Positions 7,275 through 14,983 of a DNA stretch of 32,000 nucleotides are shown here, one piece after another. A model generated the notes under the pieces. It did not search any database, was not told the origin of the DNA, and was given only the letters and a program-made list of their open reading frames with translations. Source of the stretch: Clostridia bacterium. Its GTDB lineage: Bacteria > Bacillota > Clostridia > Oscillospirales > CAG-272. The DNA is taken from NCBI GenBank assembly GCA_017481495.1, contig JAFUPC010000033.1:22593-54592 (forward strand), given 5' to 3'. How positions within the stretch are numbered: the first letter of the stretch is position 1; the number at the start of each line of letters is the position of its first letter. The position numbers were made by a program, and so were the translations under genes.

Positions 7275-10200
7275 ATGAAAGCTTTTTCAATGAAGCGGTT
7301 CACGGCTTTGATGTTGTGCTTGCTCATGCTCATCGGATGTTTGCCGGTGAATGTGTTGGCAGTAGAACCTCGCAGTTCTGAAACCGTTCTTGATGCGGCG
7401 ATTTTCTGCTCTGATGTACATGATAATCCGAGTACAGTCACTTCGGTATTTAATGGCATCAAGTCGGCAGATTCAACATTTGCCCCGACAACAGCTGCAT
7501 TTGTGGGCGATACACAGACAACTGCAAGCAGTGTCACATCTGCGGCACATGAAGTGTATTCTGACGTGCAGTGTATATATGCTTTCGGCAATCATGATGA
7601 CGAGGGCGATTATGGTATCGATGATTTCACCGGCTTGAGTTACGGTGATAGTACTACGAATTATTATATTTATACTATCAGTGAAAATTCGATGAGTAGC
7701 AGTAGTCCAGATACTTCCAATTTTACATCTACTGTCGCAGGTCTTGACAAGACCAAACCGTTATTTATTATTTCTCATATGCCTTTGCACGCACGCAGAG
7801 GTGATAATAACGGTGCGGCGGCATGGTATACTGCCATTTCTGCCGCGGCTAAACAAATGGATATTGCGTTCTTCTGGGCGCATAACCATACTTCTGAAAG
7901 TAATGTTGATACAGCCGCGTATTATATTGCAAAAAATGGTAGTGAAACTATCTCTATTCAGGGCGGTTCTACCGTAACACCCAATTTTACTTATCTGAAT
8001 GCAGGATACATCGATCCTCCGAATACACCTGCACGCAACAAAGTTGCTACTGCAGTTCGTATTTACGATGATAGCATCAATTATACTGTGTATAATGCGG
8101 ACGGTGAATTGAGTGGAACTTATGCGGTTAATGAGACTGTACCGCGTGCGTTTGCTTCTAGTACTGATTCCGGTTCTGGTGACACTGATAACGGCACCAC
8201 CAAGGAAGTCTACGTTCTTGTTGACACCATGACCGTCGGCGAGGATTATCTGATTGCTAACGGCAACACCGACATGGTCACTCTGCTTGGTCAGAGCAGT
8301 GGTTCCGCTGATACTACTACCGCAACGGTGGTTACTAGTGGTGACTACACTTATATCGAGAAAGCCGATTCCGGTTATGTCTGGAATGCTACGGCACATA
8401 CCAATAGCAGTTATTCCAGTTATCCCAGACTGATTAACGCAGAGACTTATGCCATGTACGCAAGTAGCGGTTCTTTGGCATTCAGTAGCAGTTTAACTAG
8501 CACCAGCGGTGCTGTTTATACCCGTTACTGGACATATTCCGATGGTCAGCTCGCTTGTGTTTCTACGAACAGCGACAGTACCACCTATTATCTGACCTAC
8601 AGCGATGGTTACTCTATGACTTCCACCGCTACGGATGGTATCTATATCTACGAGAAGCAGACCATCACGGTCAGTTCCGACGGCACTGTCTCGGGCGGCG
8701 ATTCCTCCGACGGTTCCACCGAGACTGTTGTAGGTGGTGCAACTGTTACCACCGCAGACGATGGTTCTTTCCAGAAGGTATCCACCACGGAAAAGAAGAC
8801 TGTTTATGTGCTGACCAGCAGCATTACTTCCGGTACTTCTTATCTGATTGTCAACGGTAATTCCGCAGGAAGTTATTATGCTCTGGCGAATAACAGCGGT
8901 TCGGTTGCGGCAACCGGTGTAACTGTCAAGACAGACAGCACAATCGGTGCATATATCGAACTTACGGATGCGACCGATGATGAGCTTTGGACTGCGAGCG
9001 GTAGCAGTTCTACTTCTCTGAAAAATGGTAGTTACTACCTGACTTATAGTGGTTCTAACAGTAACTATTCTTTGGACTTGTCAACAAGTTCTACGAGTTC
9101 TACGAGTTGGACATATTCGTCCAATAGATTATCTATTGTTCCTAAAAGAACTACTTATTATCTTGTTTATGATTCTGGTTGGGACATGAGTAGTTCTTCT
9201 GATAATATCTACTTCTACGTTCCCACTGAAGTTGACGGTAGTGTTACCTACTCCGTCACCGCCTCCGACATCGAACACATCTACGATTCGGACGATTCTA
9301 CCGCGGAAACGGAAACCATCGTAGCAAAAACAAATGCTTCTGAAGGCACCTACTCCTATGCAATCGTCTCCGACGAATCCGGTATCATTGACACCGCAAA
9401 TACGACCGGTTCCACCCTCTCATTCACAGGCGAAGCCGGTACTGCGACTGTCCGTGTATACTACACGTTTATTACGAAAGATGGTACAGAGTACAAGATC
9501 TGGGACACCATCACCGTCACCGCAACGTATCCTTATTACACTGTTGACATCACACATAATTCCGATGGTACGGGGGCAGAGGGAACGACTTCCGATTATG
9601 TTTCCGTTACCGATACGATTTCGATCAAAGGCGTGGAAGCAAATGACACATATGACCTTTGGGCGAAAGTATATCTCAACGGTGAAACAGAACAAACTGT
9701 TGAAAGCAGTAAACTGACTTGGAATTCCAATAATACCGCTGTTGCAAAAGTCGATTCTGACGGTAATGTCACATTCATCGGAGAAGAGGGAACTGTACAG
9801 ATTACCGTTTATTACGCATATACCAACAATGAGGGCGAGACCGTACAGGCAACAGACGTTGTGACGTTCTCCGTATCCAAAAATAATTACGTTATCCCCT
9901 CCGACGGCACCAACGACTTCCCCGAATACCCCAACGAAGGCGCAATCCGTTTCGACAAAACTGCGACCGCGGTCGGTAACTTCTCCGAAACCGGTATCGC
10001 ACAGGTTGAACTGTCTATGACGGGTGTACCGTATTCGACCGGTTCCGAGATTGACGTTGTCATTATGCTGGATATGACAGGTTCCATGTCCAGTACAGCA
10101 ATGACTGCGGCAGAAGAATCCGCAATTGCTTTTGCAGAGCAGATCGTCAAAAACGAGGACGGCACTTACAATAACAATCGTATTGCTGTTCTGGCATTCA

Positions 10201-13200
10201 ACAGTGGTAACAGTTCGCCATACACATACTGGGAGTTGGGAACTATCTCCGCTGACCAATGGGATTCTTTCTGCACCGCAGTCCGTGGTGCGAGTGATGA
10301 CCAGGAATCCGGTGGTACACCTTATGACGAAGCTCTTGAGAAGTGTCAGCAAATCCTGACTGCCGCCAAGACCGACGGCATCGGCAATGACCGCCAGCAG
10401 TTCTGCGTTTTCGTATCCGACGGTGGTCCTACATCTTATAAGTACATCACCAACTATGATGCAGTAAAAGCCGGCACTGCTACAAGTTATACCAATTCTA
10501 CTGCAAGTGCAAGCGGTGGTTCCAATCAGTCTGACAGCAACTTTGCAACCATCGCCACTTACACTCACGAGTATTACTCCACGCTGATGAAAGACGACGG
10601 CGTGACGATGTACTCTGTTCTTACCGGTTTGTCGGCAGACGATTATCCGAACTGTACGACGATTCTGCAGAACATCGCTTCTGATTCCAGTAAGGCTTAT
10701 GTAGTTGAAGATGGCAGTGATACGACTGCATTAAAAGGCGCATTTGCGAATATCGCCCTCGAAATCAAACAAGCCGCAACCAATGTTGTTGTCGAAGACA
10801 AGATTGACTCCCACTATACCGTAAACTTCGCACTCCCCACCGGTGTCACAAGTACCGAAGCTGGAATGAGCGAATTTTACATCCAGGCGGTTCAGTATAC
10901 GCTTGACAGTAACAAAGAACGTACTGGTGACCCGGCCGTTCTTGAAAACTTCACGTTCAACGCAGATGGCACGCTTAAGAGCCATACGGTTGACGGTGTA
11001 ACTTGTACAGATTGCACGCATGTAACCATCACTGATGGCATTGTAACCAAGATAGATGGTACATACTTCGATTATGAAGTAACAAGTGAAGGCGAGTTCT
11101 TCAACTGGTATGCAGATAAGCTTGATACAACCGAGCTTGCGCTCCAGTATTTCGTTTATCTTGATAAGTCTGCAGGTTATAATGTAGATGATCAGGTTGC
11201 GGCAGGTACTTACAATACCAACGAATACGCAACGATTACTTACACAAACTTCAATGGTAATAAGTGCCAGCAGGAATTCCCAGTTCCGCAGTTAACTTGG
11301 AATGGCGCACAAGTAACCTATGTGTTTTATTTAGTGAATGAAAATGGTGAGCCTGTTAACCGTGCCGGGAAAGTCGTTCCGTTTGCAGAAGCTGTATATG
11401 TAACAACTCCGTATACATATGCTGTAACTTGGAATGAACTGGAAGGACAAGAAAAAATGCTTGCACAAGATTTGTATGCAAGCGCAAAAGTACCTGACGT
11501 TTATACATTGTATGACACAAAAGCATACTATGAAATCCGAGTATATGAAACAGAATCGGTAGATAATGGAACAACAAAGAATAATGATTATTTCATTATT
11601 GAAGGTTCTACGAGCGGTTTGAAATCGTATGAAACTACCAAAGTGTTTAACACCAAGGCAGATACAAAGTACGATGATTACGGTGCATACTCTGCAACAG
11701 CAGGTACTTATACCTCCACAAAATCCAATACATCTTACGAAGCAACCGTAACTACCGACATCGACTACGCCAATACCACAGTCGCATTCGCTGTCGTCTG
11801 GAAACCCGCACTGGTCGAAGATACCGTTGTCATCGACTTCGGTCTCGATGTCGTCATTGATGTCTACACCAACGACGGTCTCGCGGCAGGTGTTACGGGT
11901 GTTATGCTGAATGCTCCGTCCAGCGTTACCATCAACAGCGGTACATATACAACCGCAGTTGGTTCCGATTCTGTCAAAAGTTCCGATGGCGTCTGGACTG
12001 CATCCAAGGAAAATCTGACCTCCGTCCGCTTCCATCTGAACAACATGGAAATCGACGAACCCGCAGTATTCTACTACGAAGCCGGTGTCAACTACTACAC
12101 CTACGATGCAAGCAACAACGCAACCCTCAACACGACGAATATGTATTCGTCCGTCACAGTCATCCCGGCTACGACGATTTATTATGAGGATGATTTTGTA
12201 GAATTAAGTTCTTATACCATTACGTATGATGAAGCAGGAAATGTGACTTCAACAACTCCTGATGAAAATACTCAGTGGACAAGCATCGGCACAACAATCA
12301 ATGATACCCAGGACGTTGACCGCCCCGGCGTTTCCCAGGCAATGAGCGCGGCATATGATGCCAACAACCTCTACGGCTACGACAGCGCATACGATTCAAT
12401 GAGTACGTATTCTATGGGTAGCGCAAAACAAGTAAAAGTTGATGCAGACCATTTTGCAAATGCGACATTTGAATTTTATGGTACTGGTTTTGATGTAATC
12501 AGTATGACGGACAAAACATCAGGTGCAATAACTGTTACAGTGACTGGTGCCGATGGAACCTCAGAATCTTATTTCGTAAATAACTATTATGGTTATGCTT
12601 ATGAAAATGGAGAATGGGTTGCTGTGGATAGTGCTTCTCCGAATGCGCTTTATCAAGTTCCTGTTATGAAAGTAAGTGGACTGACTTACGGAAAATATAC
12701 AGTTACGATAAAAGCCGCGTATAATTCGATCTTTGATAAGACGGATGATATTGAAGGAGAAAGCAACGATAACGCATATACGTTCATTCTCGATGCAATT
12801 CGTATTTATGACCCCACCGGAAATGTAAATGATATTGCAAACGATGCATACGGAAAAGATGATGAAGCATGGCCGCAGTACATTGAACTGCGTAACAACA
12901 TTATTGCTGCATCGAATTACACTGTAACAGAAAATGAAGATGGAACTGTTACTGTAAGCGGAACAGATTTGAGCGGTGCTATCTTTATTGATGGTAACAA
13001 TGAAACAACGAGTATTGCCGATTATGTAAGTTACGGTCCTAATAATGAACTGTATCTTGATGCCAAACAGTCTGTTGCGTTCAAACTCAATCCGACATAC
13101 GCTTCTAACATTGCAGATGTTCAGATTGGTTTGAAGGTTGCAAATGGTGGTTCTGTAAGTTATAAGATTTATGATTCGGATACAACAGCAGAAACCGCCA

Positions 13201-13775
13201 AGACGATAAACACCGCTACCGATATGTATTACAGTATTAAGGACATTTCGTCCGGAACTGTTGTAATTACAAATACCGGAACAACAAGTGGAATTCTTTC
13301 CATCACAAATATTAAGATTACATATACGCAGAATCCTTATGGAAAATCTGAAAGTGATCTTGATGAGCCGATGACAACAAGCCTTTACATGGATGAAGTC
13401 AGTGCAACCTCTGCATTGATGAGTCTGCGTAGTGTCAGTGTCGAAGAACCGGAAGAAGAAATTTTCGTCCCCGAATCTTTCGATGTCCGCGTTTCTTCCA
13501 AGTCTGTCAAAGTCGGTCAGAAGTTCAGCGTGATCATCACGACCTCCGCTGACGTGGAAAGTGTTTCCGTCAACGGTCAGACCGTCACCAAGTACAAGGA
13601 AAACCGGAAAACCGGTGTCCGTACCTGGTCGGTACAGATGACCGCCGCCGAAGCCGGTGACATGACGATCTCCGCTGTTGCATACGATGCCGACGGCATT
13701 GCAAGCGAAGCGGAAGAAACTGTTGTCACGGTTGCGGAAAAGAACAACAAAAACAACAAGAAAAACAAGAAGTAA
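7275..13775 (+). CDS. Giant (2,166 aa) secreted or lipoprotein-like multidomain surface protein. It comprises a metallophosphoesterase, two tandem ~150-aa modules, Big_2-like Ig domains, a vWA domain and a long beta-rich region.
   Basis: - Start: chosen at ATG 7275, with a GGGAGA SD at 7262-7267. The track start at 7221 has none.
- Signal peptide: MKAFSMKRFTALMLCLLMLIGC, with a possible lipobox LIGC or an SPase I site VLA/VEP.
- Calcineurin-like phosphoesterase motifs: SDVHD, VGDT, GNHDDE, SHMPLH, AHNH (about 7390-8050).
- Tandem modules: they begin VYVLVDTMTVGEDYLIANGN (8205-8660) and VYVLTSSITSGTSYLIVNGN (8800-9225), each with YYLTYS and IY(I/F)Y.
- Big_2-like domain: KLTWNSNNTAVAKVDSDGNVTFIGEEGTVQITV (about 9709-9810).
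- vWA domain: MIDAS-like IDVVIMLDMTGSMS and FVSDGGPT (about 10045-10770).
- C-terminus: no LPXTG and no C-terminal TM. It ends in a basic tail, EKNNKNNKKNKK. Confidence 0.85.
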   Translation: MKAFSMKRFTALMLCLLMLIGCLPVNVLAVEPRSSETVLDAAIFCSDVHDNPSTVTSVFNGIKSADSTFAPTTAAFVGDTQTTASSVTSAAHEVYSDVQCIYAFGNHDDEGDYGIDDFTGLSYGDSTTNYYIYTISENSMSSSSPDTSNFTSTVAGLDKTKPLFIISHMPLHARRGDNNGAAAWYTAISAAAKQMDIAFFWAHNHTSESNVDTAAYYIAKNGSETISIQGGSTVTPNFTYLNAGYIDPPNTPARNKVATAVRIYDDSINYTVYNADGELSGTYAVNETVPRAFASSTDSGSGDTDNGTTKEVYVLVDTMTVGEDYLIANGNTDMVTLLGQSSGSADTTTATVVTSGDYTYIEKADSGYVWNATAHTNSSYSSYPRLINAETYAMYASSGSLAFSSSLTSTSGAVYTRYWTYSDGQLACVSTNSDSTTYYLTYSDGYSMTSTATDGIYIYEKQTITVSSDGTVSGGDSSDGSTETVVGGATVTTADDGSFQKVSTTEKKTVYVLTSSITSGTSYLIVNGNSAGSYYALANNSGSVAATGVTVKTDSTIGAYIELTDATDDELWTASGSSSTSLKNGSYYLTYSGSNSNYSLDLSTSSTSSTSWTYSSNRLSIVPKRTTYYLVYDSGWDMSSSSDNIYFYVPTEVDGSVTYSVTASDIEHIYDSDDSTAETETIVAKTNASEGTYSYAIVSDESGIIDTANTTGSTLSFTGEAGTATVRVYYTFITKDGTEYKIWDTITVTATYPYYTVDITHNSDGTGAEGTTSDYVSVTDTISIKGVEANDTYDLWAKVYLNGETEQTVESSKLTWNSNNTAVAKVDSDGNVTFIGEEGTVQITVYYAYTNNEGETVQATDVVTFSVSKNNYVIPSDGTNDFPEYPNEGAIRFDKTATAVGNFSETGIAQVELSMTGVPYSTGSEIDVVIMLDMTGSMSSTAMTAAEESAIAFAEQIVKNEDGTYNNNRIAVLAFNSGNSSPYTYWELGTISADQWDSFCTAVRGASDDQESGGTPYDEALEKCQQILTAAKTDGIGNDRQQFCVFVSDGGPTSYKYITNYDAVKAGTATSYTNSTASASGGSNQSDSNFATIATYTHEYYSTLMKDDGVTMYSVLTGLSADDYPNCTTILQNIASDSSKAYVVEDGSDTTALKGAFANIALEIKQAATNVVVEDKIDSHYTVNFALPTGVTSTEAGMSEFYIQAVQYTLDSNKERTGDPAVLENFTFNADGTLKSHTVDGVTCTDCTHVTITDGIVTKIDGTYFDYEVTSEGEFFNWYADKLDTTELALQYFVYLDKSAGYNVDDQVAAGTYNTNEYATITYTNFNGNKCQQEFPVPQLTWNGAQVTYVFYLVNENGEPVNRAGKVVPFAEAVYVTTPYTYAVTWNELEGQEKMLAQDLYASAKVPDVYTLYDTKAYYEIRVYETESVDNGTTKNNDYFIIEGSTSGLKSYETTKVFNTKADTKYDDYGAYSATAGTYTSTKSNTSYEATVTTDIDYANTTVAFAVVWKPALVEDTVVIDFGLDVVIDVYTNDGLAAGVTGVMLNAPSSVTINSGTYTTAVGSDSVKSSDGVWTASKENLTSVRFHLNNMEIDEPAVFYYEAGVNYYTYDASNNATLNTTNMYSSVTVIPATTIYYEDDFVELSSYTITYDEAGNVTSTTPDENTQWTSIGTTINDTQDVDRPGVSQAMSAAYDANNLYGYDSAYDSMSTYSMGSAKQVKVDADHFANATFEFYGTGFDVISMTDKTSGAITVTVTGADGTSESYFVNNYYGYAYENGEWVAVDSASPNALYQVPVMKVSGLTYGKYTVTIKAAYNSIFDKTDDIEGESNDNAYTFILDAIRIYDPTGNVNDIANDAYGKDDEAWPQYIELRNNIIAASNYTVTENEDGTVTVSGTDLSGAIFIDGNNETTSIADYVSYGPNNELYLDAKQSVAFKLNPTYASNIADVQIGLKVANGGSVSYKIYDSDTTAETAKTINTATDMYYSIKDISSGTVVITNTGTTSGILSITNIKITYTQNPYGKSESDLDEPMTTSLYMDEVSATSALMSLRSVSVEEPEEEIFVPESFDVRVSSKSVKVGQKFSVIITTSADVESVSVNGQTVTKYKENRKTGVRTWSVQMTAAEAGDMTISAVAYDADGIASEAEETVVTVAEKNNKNNKKNKK

Positions 13776-13789
13776 GGAGGGTACTGACC

Positions 13790-14038
13790 TTGAAAAAGCT
13801 TTACACAAAGCCGGAAATCACATTTGAAGATTTTACCCTCAACACTTCTATTGCGGGAGATTGTGAAGTAAAAACACATACACCTGCTGCTGAACAATGT
13901 GGTATTGCATTCGGTGATATAAACATTTTCTTGGATGGAAATGAAGGCTGTACCACAACAATTATTGATGGATCGAAAGATTTTGATGGTCTTTGTTACC
14001 ATGTACCAACCGAGACCAACAACCTCTTCAACTCCTAA
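13790..14038 (+). CDS. 82-aa acidic 4-Cys peptide with no signal peptide; candidate RiPP precursor
   Basis: TTG start at 13790, 9 nt after a strong SD AGGAGG (13775-13780). Sequence: MKKLYTKPEITFEDFTLNTSIAGDCEVKTHTPAAEQCGIAFGDINIFLDGNEGCTTTIIDGSKDFDGLCYHVPTETNNLFNS. Cys residues are at 25, 37, 54 and 69, and the C-terminal residue is Ser. An intrinsic terminator follows immediately, then the rSAM/PqqD genes. Confidence 0.6.
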   Translation: MKKLYTKPEITFEDFTLNTSIAGDCEVKTHTPAAEQCGIAFGDINIFLDGNEGCTTTIIDGSKDFDGLCYHVPTETNNLFNS

Positions 14039-14062
14039 CCCCTAACCCCCGAAAACCGAACA

Positions 14063-14093
14063 AAGCCGCACCCATCGGCGGTGCGGCTTTTTC
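14063..14093 (+). terminator. Intrinsic terminator after the peptide gene
   Basis: GCCGCACC (14065-14072) pairs with GGTGCGGC (14080-14087), an 8-bp GC-rich stem, followed by TTTTT (14088-14092). AAA on the 5' side makes it potentially bidirectional. Confidence 0.75.
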
Positions 14094-14209
14094 ATTCTTA
14101 AATAGATATGATCGATAACCTCCATTCTGCCGAGAAATACGCGAAATATCCTTGATTTAATGGATAGTGACAGGTTATCGAACATATCTAATGCCGACAC
14201 GAGGTGCTT

Positions 14210-14983
14210 ATGAACGCAAAAACATCCAAAAAACGAAAAGGGAACCGCGCGGTGCTGTGGTGCTGTCTCGGCGCGGTTGTGGTTCTGCTGGGGCTGACCG
14301 TTTATCTGGCACTGACCTCCCGCGGGAATGTCGCTGATGCGGAACCGGACATCGACGGAACGGGCGGTACGCCTGTTGTCACGGCCTCCATTAACACGGC
14401 GGCGGAAGAAATTCCGCTTGTCACCGGGACGAAGCAAACCCTTGTCATCTGCGACATGGGCAGCTATGCGGGTCTGTACATGGAAGACGGCTCCGACGAA
14501 ATCGTCTCCGGCGTGATGATGATCATTGTCGAAAATGTCTCCGCCTCCGACCTGCAATACGCGGAAATTTCGCTCTCCTACGAAGACGGTACGACCACTG
14601 CGTTTTCCGTCTCGACCCTACCGGCGGGAGAAAAAGCGGTGCTTCTCGAAAAGAACCGTCTCTCCTATCCCGGCGATGGGGTGAAACCAACCTCCGCTCT
14701 GGTCTCGAACGTTGTTCTCTTTGACACGCCGATGACCCTGTGCGACAGCGTTCTGGAGATCATCGGCCTGGACGGCGCGCTGAACGTGCGCAACGTCTCG
14801 GACGAAGACCTTGACGGCGACATCTATATCTGCTACAAAAACGCCGCGTCGGATCTGTACTACGGCGGTATCACCTACCGCGTGAAGATCGAGGGCGGTC
14901 TTTCCGCGGGTGAGCTGCGGCAGGTCATGACGGGACATTATACCGTCTCCGGCAGCAAAATCGTCATGGTGGAATGCCGATGA
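14210..14983 (+). CDS. Bitopic membrane protein of unknown function (basic N-terminus, one TM, extracytoplasmic domain with an internal duplication)
   Basis: The start is probably ATG 14210 (the track GTG is at 14204), with GAGG at 14201-14204. The sequence begins MNAKTSKKRKGNRAVLWCCLGAVVVLLGLTVYLAL (the TM). Two similar segments follow: VENVSASDLQYAEISLSY...LPAGEKAVL and VRNVSDEDLDGDIYICYK...LSAGELRQV. The stop overlaps the next gene's start by 10 nt. Confidence 0.6.
   Translation: MNAKTSKKRKGNRAVLWCCLGAVVVLLGLTVYLALTSRGNVADAEPDIDGTGGTPVVTASINTAAEEIPLVTGTKQTLVICDMGSYAGLYMEDGSDEIVSGVMMIIVENVSASDLQYAEISLSYEDGTTTAFSVSTLPAGEKAVLLEKNRLSYPGDGVKPTSALVSNVVLFDTPMTLCDSVLEIIGLDGALNVRNVSDEDLDGDIYICYKNAASDLYYGGITYRVKIEGGLSAGELRQVMTGHYTVSGSKIVMVECR

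Noticed and set aside
13700-13775. Cell-wall sorting signal at the C-terminus of the giant protein
   Set aside because: There is no LPXTG-like motif or hydrophobic helix, only a Lys/Asn-rich tail.
9420-13808. Several long minus-strand ORFs (9420-10568, 11331-12035, 12561-13808) inside the giant gene
   Set aside because: They are antisense to a continuous 6.5-kb ORF with recognisable domains. The translations are Cys/Ile/Arg-rich junk.
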